Shown here piece by piece: positions 40,022 to 52,081 of a stretch of 64,000 bases of DNA; within the stretch, counting starts at the first letter, position 1; each line of letters starts with the position of its first letter. The position numbers and the translations under genes were made by a program. The notes under the pieces are model-generated. The model ran no database searches. It had not been told where the DNA came from and was given only the letters and a program-made list of their open reading frames with translations. This stretch comes from Macrostomum lignano (taxonomy: Eukaryota). Location: the NCBI GenBank assembly GCA_002269645.1, contig NIVC01002865.1, forward strand, positions 1 to 64,000, given 5' to 3'.

Positions 40022-42452
40022 TGTTATGGTTTAGGATCTCCGGGGGTCCGGTCAGTTTAGGGTGTCCGGGGCGGAGACCCTAAACGTTTAGGATCTCCGC
40101 CCGGAGACCCTAAACCGTTTAGGATCTGCCCTGGAGACTTCTAACGGTTATGGGTCTCCGGGGTAGGAGATCTGAAACCGTTTAAGGGTCTCCGGGGCAT
40201 TTTCAGGTCTCCGCACCCGGAGATCTTAAACCAGTTTCTGATCTCCCCCCCAGGAGACTCTAAACCAGTTTCAGCTCTCCGTCAGGGCCGCAAAAACAAA
40301 GTCCTGGTTTAGGATCTCCGGTTTCCGATCTCCCCCCCATTTGTGTAAAACCAATGGTCATGGTATTGAACGCGTACATGTATAAGAAGTGGAAAGGCAT
40401 TTTTATCATCAACGTAGCATTAGTTTTATATGTATATGCTCGCACAACTGTGTATTTAAATGGAAAACTGTTTACTGTTAAAGTATTGAAGTAAATGTCC
40501 GCTTAGTGAAAAACCGGTGATGCACTTTCAGCTTGGAGGAAGCATCTCTTGAGGTGTTTCCCATTGACACACCTGGTTAGTCCTCCTAGCCTGTACACGT
40601 TTTGACCAAGACACCTGGTCACGATGTAGACTTGCTGACTCCAAGTGTATCGCATCTTACCACCCTTCCGATCGTCCCTGCGAAGATTGCGAAGCCTAAC
40701 TCTGTCCCCTCGCTTCAGATCCTGAACCCCAGCTGCTCCCACGGTGTGACGCTTTCGCATCATTTCCTGGGCCTGCTTGATCCTGCTGGAGATTAGCTTT
40801 CGCACTGCCGCTCGCTTCTTGTCTTTGACTGCAACAGAACGCCTATTGATTGCAGTGGGCTCAGGAACATCAGTTAGCGTTGCGGCATGCTCGCCAAGCA
40901 AAGGCTCAAAGCCAAAGGCGGCTCTGCAAAATGGCATGGCGCCTGCTTATATTCTACGGCATAAACTTCAATGATACATATGAGGTATTAATATCTTCTC
41001 TTTTTCTACCTGAACGGCGAAAAGCCTGTCACCGAATGGCGTCTGCTGTTGTATGCGAGTTGAACATCATTCAACTTGGTGTCCCAGTCGGTTGGCTCTT
41101 CGGAATCACTGATCTTCCTCAGGAGGTCAATGCAAGTTTGATTGAGTCGCTCGGTTTGACCGTTTGTCTGTGGATTCGAATAATGTATGTGCGTGAGTAG
41201 AATTCAAGAAAACAGCAACAGCTTATATGCGATAAAAAGAGACTTGCCTGTGGGTGGTAGGCACTAGTTACTCTTCTTTCCGTCCCACCGGATTGTAGAA
41301 GAGCATCTACAACAGAGTTGCAAAACTCTCTCCCCTGATCGCTGAGAATCACCCTAGGCCAACCGAAAAGCCCAAAAATGTCCCTCAGTTCGGCAGCGAT
41401 CGTCTGAGCTTGAATGTTTGGTAACGCGCGGAAAATGGCAAATTTGTAAATTTGCAGCACACAGTTAGGACATACTTTGAGCCTTAAATTAGATTATATT
41501 GGAGCAATATTTCATTAGAGTAATTGATTGATTTTAGTTTCTGCTAATGAATAATTTGTAACTTGATAGACCTACCGTTGGGCGTGGTGGTCGGCATTGT
41601 GATGCAATCCATACACAGGAATCCAAAGAGGCGCTCTGCATTAGAAGGTACTTCAACCGGGTAAAGCTCCCTCTGCTTTGAGGTAAACTTTTTGTTGACC
41701 AGCTCGCACCTGTCACAAGACTCGACCACTGCCTTGGCAATCGGTGTGACGGGGATGTCAGCATAGTATCGTGCAGTAAAAAGGCTCACTGTGCTGTTGA
41801 CACCCACGTGACTTCCTTGCGAGTGAAGGCTGCGGATCTTATCCCGTACCTCTTCCTCTGTAAAAAGTACTCTGCGATGGTCTTCAGGCCGCATTCGCTG
41901 ACTTTCGTCCTTATTAGTCACCCTGTAGTAAAGCGCTCCGTCATGGATGGAGAAACGCTTGCTCTTTTCTCTAATACGTCTTTTTAAGTTAGCCTTATCT
42001 TTGGCGTCCAATCTGGCTGGTACCTGGGTGTATTCATTGTTTAGGACGTGGAAAAATATTTGATTGAGCGAAGCCATCAAGCTTTGAAATGCAGAAATCG
42101 ACGAAAATCACACAGCAACAAACCTTTCTTATCATCTGCCCAATATAAATGTTTACAGCGCTTCCCGCCACCCATAAAATATGAGTACAAAGCTGATCTC
42201 CAAAATGTGCAAAGCCTATTGAAAGTTACGCAAGACTGCTCACACTTTGGGGTGCCAATCTCGATGTACATAGAAGTAGCTATAATTTTCATATAGGAAA
42301 GAACCGCGGAGATCCTAACACGGTGGAGACCTGTAACTCTATCTTATGTTATGGTTTCCGATCTCCGTGTGGGCGATCTTAAAATGACACAATTTTCAGT
42401 TTGTGATCTCCGGGCCGGAGACCCTAAAACGCGGAGATCCTAAACTCTAACA
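40022..42452 (-). mobile_element. Ginger-type (gypsy-integrase-related) DNA transposon, 2431 bp
   Basis: TIRs TGTTATGGTTTAGGATCTCCG / CGGAGATCCTAAACTCTAACA match 19/21. There are many GGAGATCC/GGAGACCC subterminal repeats. It encodes an integrase but no RT or Gag and has no LTRs. The flanks share only GCG (3 bp), not a clean 4-bp TSD. Confidence 0.85.
40503..42077 (-). pseudogene. Ginger integrase/transposase, 4 exons, one frameshift
   Basis: Exons are 42077-41576, 41482-41248, 41167-41010 and 40923-40503. It has an HHCC Zn finger, D(MDC)...D(SDQGREF)-35-E(GQTERLN) and a C-terminal GD.V.L.N.RR..RKGGK...W module. Exon 2 is 1 nt short (near 41443). Confidence 0.88.
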
Positions 42453-43614
42453 GCGGCCTAACAACTCGCGGTCGAACAAACTTGTGGTCGAAGCTTTCGA
42501 TTGAACATTAGAGCAATTAAAGTTAAAAGGCTAATTGAAATCAAAAGAGCCATTAAAGTTAAAAGGCTAATTGAAATCAAAAGGAGGCGCAAGCAAACAT
42601 ATTTAGCCGCTTATTACCGACACCCCCTACAAAACCGGCCTGTTCAGCTAGAAGAATTCCTGAGCGCTTTATGACCCTAATGTGGTACCGCGGGCAACTA
42701 AATTCCACTGCGCAGCTAAAATTTCTTTGTTATAACGAACGTTGTTTACGGAATTGCTTCTTAGCATGGCAAAAAAAATAGTCTAGGGATGAAAAATTAT
42801 AATAAACCAATTTCCGGCGTGAATTTATTTTATTGCCACATGGCATAACAAAAGTACTAAACTTAAAAATCTAATACTGGATTTTGGTATGTCTTTATCT
42901 CATTTCTATATACAATTTTAACATTTATTGTACTGCTAGCAATATTTAACTATTTTTGACAGCTTATTTTGTAGATTCAAATGAAAAATACGCTGCACTC
43001 AGATTTTTCTTAGCAGATCCTGCAATTTTACACGCTTATTGTCTTTTTAATTTCTTACTTTATTATATGTTACTCCATTTTGTATTTTGTTCTTACCAAA
43101 GAAAGTTTTAGAATAAGTAAAGGTTTTTGAATTTTTTTCCTTTGCATCATGCTCATGCTCGACTTATGCCAACAATGCCAAGTGGAGTAGTGCATCTAAA
43201 ATCAAATTCACGCAAGGCATGGGCATGGGAAGCAATTAGCCTAGACAACTATACCCTATTCACCATTGCAACCAATGGCTCTTTCATGGATGTTTTCTCT
43301 CATAGATCAGCTTGGTGGTAGGCCTAGGTAGTGCAATACAGCCCCGGGGGCTCAAGGTCAAGGAGAGGCTAGACCCTATTAGTAGGGGCCTATTGCAGTG
43401 GAATTGAGGTCTGAACCCCACTCCAGACAATGCCAATGTGCCAGAATTAGGGGTTGGACAAGATCTCAATCTCAATTGTCAAGATCTTGGCTATTTTATA
43501 AATCTCAATTGGTCTCAGCTTTGAGATATCAAACAAAAAAGAAGTTAAGATTTGCAATTACTTAAATGACTATTTGTGACTAGGCCTATGACTAAAGCCT
43601 ATAATATTAATGCA

Positions 43615-43912
43615 CATACATGCGCAACCTCTGAAATTCGGTCGGCCATGCGACTTAGTTTTAACAAAAATGCGACGTAGTTTTTGGCCAAAAATGCGAC
43701 TTACATGTAAAAAAACCCTAAAGCAAAATTAACGCAACTTTGGGTAAACGGCAGGAGTAACTATGACTGTCTTATTAAGCCAATATGCCTCGTCAGCTAC
43801 TTAGTACTACTACTTGATTATTTTTTCGGGTGGGCATTTTTGCGACTTCCTTGGTTGGCCGCCAAATCGGTCGGCCGGATCGGCCGACTCGGCCGACTGT
43901 TGCGCATGTATG
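43615..43912. mobile_element. hAT-type MITE, 298 bp, carrying a 28S rRNA-like segment
   Basis: 14-bp TIR CATACATGCGCAAC / GTTGCGCATGTATG. An 8-bp TSD TTAATGCA lies at 43607-43614 and 43913-43920. Confidence 0.92.
43742..43798 (+). pseudogene. Degenerate 28S rRNA fragment (H69-H71 region)
   Basis: GGGTAAACGGCAGGAGTAACTATGACTGTCTTA matches the conserved GGGTAAACGGCGGGAGTAACTATGACTCTCTTA at 31/33. It is followed by AGCCAA.ATGCCTCGTCA.CTA. Confidence 0.85.
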
Positions 43913-44588
43913 TTAATGCAGTTATGGTAGCGGAATGGGCGCCCGCGCCTTCCCGCTGTGTCCCCTCCGGGACAGCCCTGCAGCTAAGTCAATGCAGTTA
44001 TGGTGATCTTCTAGTTTGTTTCTTAATATGTTTTTCAAGCTTTAATTAATCAATACTGCAACATAATACTTAAGAATAGGGGGCCTACCATGCTAAAAAT
44101 CCAATATACTAAAAATGAAAATCTTGCTTGCTTGTAATCGATTAGAGAAAAAATGGCTTAACCGATTTTCATGAGACTTGCACTGTTTGATCAGAAATTT
44201 TCCCGTTACGGTACATGCATCTTGGCTAAGAAATTGCTCCATGTTAAAGCGATTAAATATTCAAAAAACATGCTTTTTTGCAAAGGTCAAGCAAACTTTT
44301 CGACTTGAAATGCATTGTAAGAATGCTAGAGAAAAACTGACTGGTTGAATTCTGATTCTGAAATAGATTGCATCATAAATGAATTGTAACTCCGACTTGA
44401 ATTGCGTCATAGTATTGACAATGCAGTGTGGAAGCGTAGCACCAGACGTGATTTAGATTGGGTAACCATATTGTCAACTTTAATTGAGACTGATAGTGAC
44501 TTGCCTGGGAAATTGATTATGTCATAACTGCTTCGTGAGTGAGTGTTGAATAATATAAGTGCTACAATTTCATTTATAAATACGATAA

Positions 44589-44655
44589 GAGCTAGCCTAG
44601 ATGTGAACAGACTAGACTGCAAATGCAGCGACCTGGGTTCGAATCTTGGTAGTGA
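44589..44655 (+). pseudogene. Degenerate tRNA-like / SINE-head remnant
   Basis: B-box GGTTCGAATC at 44636 and an A-box-like TAGCCTAGATG; the cloverleaf is poor. Confidence 0.4.
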
Positions 44656-44703
44656 AAAGTTTTTTTATTAAAAGCTTTTATTAAAGGACAAATAAAGGAC
44701 AAG

Positions 44704-47700
44704 AGCGTCATGTAAACAATCATAGAAGTGTCATGTAAAAAATCATAGAAGCGTCATGTAAAAAATCATAAAAGCGTCATGTAAACAATCATAGAAGCGT
44801 CATGTAAAAATCATAGAAGCGTCATGTAAACAATCATAGAAGCGTCATGTAAAAAATCATAGAAGCGTCATGTAAACAATCATGAAAGCGTCATGAAAAA
44901 ATCATAGAAGCGTCGTGTAAACAATCATAGAAGCGTAATGTAGAGAATCATAGAAGCGTCATGTAAAAAATCATAGAAGCCTCATGTAGAGAATCATAGA
45001 AGCGTCATGTAAAAAATCATAGGAGCGTCATGTAAACAATCAAAGAAGCGTCATGTAAAAAATCATAAAAGCGTCATGTAAAAAATCATAGAAGCGTCAT
45101 GTAAACAATCATAGAAGCGTCATAAAAAAATCATAGAAGCGTCATGTAAAAAATCAAAGAAGCGTCATATAAAAAATCATAGAAGCGTCATGTAAACAAT
45201 CATAGAAGCGTCATGTAAACAATCATATAAGCGTCATGTACAAAAGCATAGAAGCGTCATGTAAAAAAGCATAGAAGCGTCATGTAAACAATCATAGAAG
45301 TGTCATGTAAACAATCATATAAGCGTCATGTAAAAAAGCATAGAAGCGTCATGTAAATAATTATAGAAGCGTCATGTAAAAAATCATGAAAGCGTCATGA
45401 AAAAATCATAGAAGCGTCGTGTAAACAATCATAGAAGCGTAATGTAGAGAATCATAGAAGCGTCATGTAAAAAATCATAGAAGCCTCATGTAGAGAATCA
45501 TAGAAGCGTCATGTAAAAAATCATAGGAGCGTCATGTAAACAATCAAAGAAGCGTCATGTAAAAAATCATAGAAGCGTCATGTAAAAAATCATAGAAGCG
45601 TCATGTAAACAATCATAGAAGCATCATAAAAAAATCATAGAAGCGTCATGTAAAAAATCAAAGAAGCGTCATATAAAAAATCATAGAAGCGTCATGTAAA
45701 CAATCATAGAAGCGTCATGTAAACAATCATATAAGCGTCATGTACAAAAGCATAGAAGCGTCATGTAAAAAAGCATAGAAGCGTCATGTAAACAATCATA
45801 GAAGTGTCATGTAAACAATCATATAAGCGTCATGTAAAAAAGCATAGAAGCATCATGTAAATAATTATAGAAGCGTCATGTAAAAAATCATAGAAGCGCC
45901 ATGAAAAAGTCATAGAAGCGTCATGTAAAAAATAATAGAAGCATCATGTAAACAATCATGAAAGTGTCATGTAAAAAAATCATAGAAGCGTCATGTAAAC
46001 AATCATGAAAGCGTCATGAAAAAATCATAGAAGCGTCGTGTAAACAATCATAGAAGCGTAATGTAGAGAATCATAGAAGCGTCATGTAAAAAATCATAGA
46101 AGCCTCATGTAGAGAATCATAGAAGCGTCATGTAAAAAATCATAGAAGCGTCATGTAAACAATCAAAGAAGCGTCATGTAAAAAATCATAGAAGCGTCAT
46201 GTAAAAAATCATAAAAGCGTCATGAAAAAATCATAGAAGCGTCATGTAAACAATCAAAGAAGCGTCATGTAAAAAATCATACAAGCATCATGTAAAAAAT
46301 CAAAGAAGCATCATGTAAAAAGTCATAGAAGCGTCATGTAAACAATCATAGAAGCGTCATGTAAACAATCATATAAGCGTCATGTACAAAAGCATAGAAG
46401 CGTCATGTAAAAAAGCATAGAAGCGTCATATAAACAATCATAGAAGCGTCATGTAAACAATCATATAAGCGTCATGTAAAAAAGCATAGAAGCGTCATGT
46501 AAACAATTATAGAAGCGTCATGTAAAAAATCATAGAAGCACCATGAAAAGTCATAGAAGCGTCATGTAAAAAATAATAGAAGCATCATGTAAATAATCAT
46601 GAAAGCGTCATATAAAAAAATCATAGAAGCGTCATGTAAACAATCATGAAAGCGTCATGTAAAAAATCATTGAAGCGTCAGTTAAAAAATCATTAAAGCG
46701 TCATATAAAAAATCATAGAAGCGTCATGTAAACAATCATAGAAGCGTCAAGTAAACAATCATAAAAACATCATGTAAACAATCATAGAAGCGTCAAGTAA
46801 ACAATCATAAAAACATCATGTAAACAATCATAGAAGCGTCATCTAACAATCATAGAAGTGTCATGTAAACAATCATAGAAGCGTTATATAAAAAATCATA
46901 GAAGCCTTATATAAAAACTAATGGAAGCGTCATTTGAGAAATCATAGAAGCGTCATGTAAAAAATCATAGAAGCGTCATGTAAACAATTATAGAAGCGTC
47001 ATGTAAACAATCGCAGAAGCGTCATGTAAAAAATCATATAAGCGTCATGTAAAAAATCATAGAAGCATCATGTAAACAATCATAGAAGCGTCATGTAAAC
47101 AATCATAGAAGCGTCATGTAAAAAATCTTAGAAGCGTCATTTAAAAAATCATAGAAGCGTCATGTAAACAATCATAGAAGCGTCATGAAAAAATCATAGA
47201 AGCGTCATGTACAAAAGCATAGAAGCGTCATGTAAAAAAGCATAGAAGCGTCATATAAACAATCATAGAAGCGTCATGTAAACAATCATATAAGCGTCAT
47301 GTAAAAAAGCATAGAAGCGTCATGTAAACAATTATAGAAGCGTCATGTAAAAAATCATAGAAGCGCCATGAAAAGTCATAGAAGCGTCATGTAAAAAATA
47401 ATAGAAGCATCATGTAAATAATCATGAAAGCGTCATATAAAAAAATCATAGAAGCGTCATGTAAACAATCATGAAAGCGTCATGTAAAAAATCATTGAAG
47501 CGTCAGTTAAAAAATCATTAAAGCGGCATGTAAAAAATCATATAAGCGTCATATAAAAAATCATAGAAGCGTCATGTAAACAATCATAGAAGCGTCAAGT
47601 AAACAATCATAAAAACATCATGTAAACAATCATAGAAGCGTCAAGTAAACAATCATAAAAACATCATGTAAACAATCATAGAAGCGTCATCTAACAATCA

Positions 47701-48715
47701 TAGAAGTGTCATGTAAACAATCATAGAAGCGTCATGTAAAAAATCATAGAAGCCTTATATAAAAACTAATGGAAGCGTCATTTGAGAAATCATAGAAGCG
47801 TCATGTAAAAAATCATAGAAGCGTCATGTAAACAATTATAGAAGCGTCATGTAAACAATCGCATAAGCGTCATGTAAAAAATCATATAAGCGTCATGTAA
47901 AAAATCATAGAAGCATCATGTAAACAATCATAGAAGCGTCATGTAAACAATCATAGAAGCGTCATGTAAAAAATCTTAGAAGCGTCATTTAAAAAATCAT
48001 AGAAGCGTCATGTAAACAATCATAGAAGCGTCATGAAAAAATCATAGAAGCGTCATGTAAAAAATCATAGAAGCGTCATGTAAAAAAATCATAGAAGCGT
48101 CATGTAAAAAATCATAGAAGCGTTGTGTAAACAATCATAGAAGCGTCATGTAAAAAATCAAAGAAGCGTCATGTAAACAATCATAGAAGCGTCATGTAAA
48201 CAATCAAAGAAGCGTCATGTAAAAAATCATAAAAGCGCCATGTAAAAAAGCATAGAAGCGTCATGTAAAAAATCATAGAAGCGCCATGTAAAAAATCATA
48301 GAAGCGCCATGTAAAAAATCATAGAAGCGTCATGTAAACAATCATGAAAGCGTCATGTAAAAAATCATCAAAGCGTCAGTTAAAAAATCATAGAAGCGCC
48401 ATGTAAAAAATCATATAAGCGTCATATAAAAAATCATATAAGCGTCATGTAAACAATCATAGAAGCGTCATGTAAAAAATCATAGAAGCGTCATGTAAAA
48501 AATCATAGAAGTGTCATGTAAACAATCATAGAAGCGTCATGAAAAAATCATAGGAGCGTCATGTAAAAAATCAAAGAAGCGTCATGTAAAAAATCATAGA
48601 AGCGTCATGAAAAAGTCATAGAAGCGTCATGTAAAAAATCATAGAAGCGTCATATAAAAAATCATAGAAGCGTCATGTAAACAATCATGAAAGCGTCATG
48701 TAAAAAAATCATACT
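44704..48715. repeat. 23-bp satellite, about 170 diverged copies with higher-order duplications (ATCATAGAAGCGTCATGTAAAAA)
   Basis: Direct reading. Confidence 0.98.
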
Positions 48716-48859
48716 GACATAAAAAATCAAGTGACAATAAAAAATGTCAGACATGAAAGAAGTGTCATGTAAAAATTAAATGAAGCCATCGTGCTGTGCT
48801 GGGGAGAATTACTAAGATGTCAAGGCTCTCAGAGAATAACTGAGATTACGGGGGGGTTT

Positions 48860-49600
48860 CTGAGATGTCAAAGCAAAAGTCAGAAGCTACTTCAAAGTAC
48901 ATGTACTTTACTCAATTTTTTTATAACATTCTTTGTTGGCTCGCCATGGGGGGGCGCTGATAGAAGAAGAGTCATGTAAAAAAGAAAAGAAGCACTATGT
49001 ATACATAAAAGAAGAGTCATGTCGAAGTTAAAAGATTCATTTGGGAATTGCCACAATGTCAAGGCTTGGAGGGAATTGCTATAGTGCTGTGATTCTTGAA
49101 GAAAGAATCACTAAATTGTCAAGGCTTAGGGGAGAAGAATTGCTGAGATTTCAAGGCTTTTATAGGTTGGGTTAAAGTTAGGTTTAGGTCAGGTTTGGGT
49201 TGAGGGTTAGATTTTAGCGGGTTTCAAAGTTAACAGGGGATTTTTCAGATATCAAGGTTTATGCGGGGCATTGCTGACATGTCAAGGCTTACAGGGGAAT
49301 AGCTGAGATGTCAAGGCTCATGGGGGAATAAATGAGATGTCAAGGCTAAAGTCAGAAGCTACATGTATTCTATTGAAAACTTTTTTTCATTATTTGTTGG
49401 CTCCTCACGGGAGGGATTGCTGATAGAAAAAGTGTAATGTAAAAAATAAAAGAAGCTTCATGTCGAAGTTAAGAGATTCATTTGGGAATCCCTACGATGT
49501 CGAGGCTTGCAGGGAATCGCTATAATGCTGTAGTGCTATAATGACTGTTGGAGAGAATTACTGAAATGTCAATGCTTTAGGGTTAGGGTTAGGGTTAGAA
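48860..49600. repeat. Diverged ~470-bp tandem duplication with short TTAGGG tract
   Basis: 48860-49095 resembles 49333-49530. (TTAGGG)3.7 lies at 49577-49598, with a degenerate counterpart near 49170-49210. Confidence 0.7.
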
Positions 49601-51570
49601 GGTTGACAGATTTTTTAAGATTGCAAGGCTTATGGGGCATTGCTAAGATGTCAAGGGGGTTGATATGCTAAGGCTTGTGGGGGGATTTTCTGACATGTCA
49701 AGGCTTACAAGGTATAATGCAAAGAGACGCTTACATGTAGTTTATTAAAAAAACTTGTACTGCATTTTTTTGGCTCCCCAACGGGGGGCGCTGATTGCTA
49801 GTGATAGGCCTATCTATGACCAAAAGCTCAGAGTCAGACTATGTCTACATTGCTAGGAGCCAATCTGTGCCCAACACTAGGCTGCCTATCAATAATAATG
49901 GCCATAATTGGCTTTGGCTACAATTAGGAAGCCAAAAAGCCAAGAGGCCTAGAAGGGTGCAAATGCAAAGGTATAGGCCTATATGATATAGGCCATAGTC
50001 TAGATCATGGCAAGCCTATGCCAAAAAGAAAATTCAAGTTTTTTTTAATTTTAGGCCCCTATATCAATGTAAAGTAAAAAAATATTTCGTAAATCCAAAG
50101 GTTGTTTATGCATCAATTTTTTCAAAGAATATATATTTTTTAGAAATGTAAATAAGATTTTTATTAAACGCTAAATGGCTAAAAGCCTATTCTTTGGTAA
50201 AAAGTGATATTTTTTATTTTTTATTTATTTTTTAAATTTCATTAATATTTTCTACTTTAGTTTCCAATTATTTTTAAAAAGCTTTTGTTGGTTGATATTG
50301 AACTATAGGATTAATAGGATTACATTAGCCCTAAGTTGGCTATTTTTTGTATGCCAACTATGTACAGTTCAAATATATGCCTAACATCAAAATTCTATCC
50401 CTGCATTTCAATAGGTACAACCCCTATTGGAATGAGTTTCAAAAACCCGCGGACACGCGACATGGGTGCCAAAATTGTGCCTTCAAAAGCGCGATGCGAC
50501 TCCAAATTTTGTTGTCTGGGAGGTGGCGATGCGCGACGCAACACTGATGTCTATTGAACAAATGACCGGGGGGAGGACACCACAGCAGCCACGTTGTAAT
50601 TGACAATTCCCATTCTGCTGTTCACTCTCGACACCAAGACCATGGGGCAACAGACAAGAGTATTCCTTTCAACTTTGCGGAAATAGAAATGAAATTTAAA
50701 AAGAATAAACAGTAAAACAACAAAGGTTACAACACTTAGAAAAACAGCGCACACATTGTAACTAACAAGTAACATTTCTAAAAATTATATTTGAAGTATT
50801 AGTTATTATACTTATAAGTATTATATGTATTATATTTATAATAATTAGTTATTATACTATATTAATAGAAAACTATTAATATTGTTGAAATATTAAAAAA
50901 ACATATACTAAAAAAGAAACCTTAAAAAGTTATCAATGCATTTTTTTTAGAAAAAAAGCAACTGTTTTATCTAATAAATAAACTATAGCTTGATTAATAA
51001 TGATCTAAGTTATAATTACTAAATAGTAATAAAAACTTTTTTCATATTAAATAAATCAAGTATTATATTGGTAAAGAGAATAGTAGATTTAAATTAAACA
51101 AAATTAAACTGTTTCAGAGGCAGATATTATCATTTTTAAGTCTATGGCTATTATATTTTATTTTTCTGATATATTCTTATAATATCAAAGCTGTTATAAT
51201 CTATACAATCAAAATTCAGTTCTTTTTTAGCTTTATCTTTAATGCATTAAATAGAAAATATCTTTGTTCTTTTGTTAAGTTTCAAGGCAAAAGCTAGAAG
51301 TAATGAGTAATAATAGTAATTTATATATTCTTTTTGCATAAATTTTGAAGCAAATGGCTAGGTGAATTCATAGGTTGCACCCAAGCATGTTTCGTTGGAA
51401 AAGTATTCTTTCTTTCTAGTTTATATTTGCTTTTAATCTATGTAATTGCATTAAAAAGTTTTTTTTGCAAAAAAACTTTTTTATTTAACTTTGCCTCTTG
51501 TATGCATATTGGTTAAGTATTGGGACACTAGGACAAATGCATTTTTACATTTGCATTTATCATACATGTG

Positions 51571-51671
51571 CAACCTTGGGATTCACTTGGCCATTTCTAT
51601 TGGCAACACACACATGTAAGTTGCTATTGGCTGAGAGCAGTCATGTGACTACTATTCTGTCCAATAGCAAC

Positions 51672-51732
<61 letters not shown>

Positions 51733-51765
51733 CAATAGAAATGGCCAGGTGAATCCCTAGGTTGT
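51571..51765. repeat. Foldback element with (TG)n expanded in one arm
   Basis: Arms 51571-51630 and 51661-51765 are reverse complements apart from (CA)3-4 versus (TG)~26. Confidence 0.85.
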
Positions 51766-51965
51766 GCCCAAGCATGGCATTTATTGATTTTTTGTTGAAA
51801 ATATTCAAATTCTCTATATAATTGCTTGTTATTTTTAAGTAGGAATAGAATGCATTCAGGTGGTTGTTTTTTTATTATATAGCCCCCTAGCCAACCCTAT
51901 CCTTGCAGCTATTGTTCTTTAATTATTAAAGTTAAGTTGCTAACTGTGTAGAATAACCTGTTGCA

Positions 51966-52055
51966 CTCCCTGTCCTATTCCAGTAAGCAACACCCAGACC
52001 CCCCGCGCAGTCGCTTGTCTTTAAACTGTTTAAATTTCATTTGTCAACACCTAAG
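51966..52055 (+). promoter_or_regulatory. Putative 5'TOP non-coding first exon and 73-nt intron of RPLP0
   Basis: Pyrimidine tract CTCCCTGTCCTATTCC, then donor CA|GTAAGC at 51983 and acceptor CTAAG at 52055. Confidence 0.5.
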
Positions 52056-52081
52056 CAACAACAACCCCTGAGCGCACAAGG

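Noticed and set aside
49577-49598. Telomere or chromosome-fusion site
   Set aside because: Only 3.7 TTAGGG units, in one orientation, embedded in a duplicated repeat.
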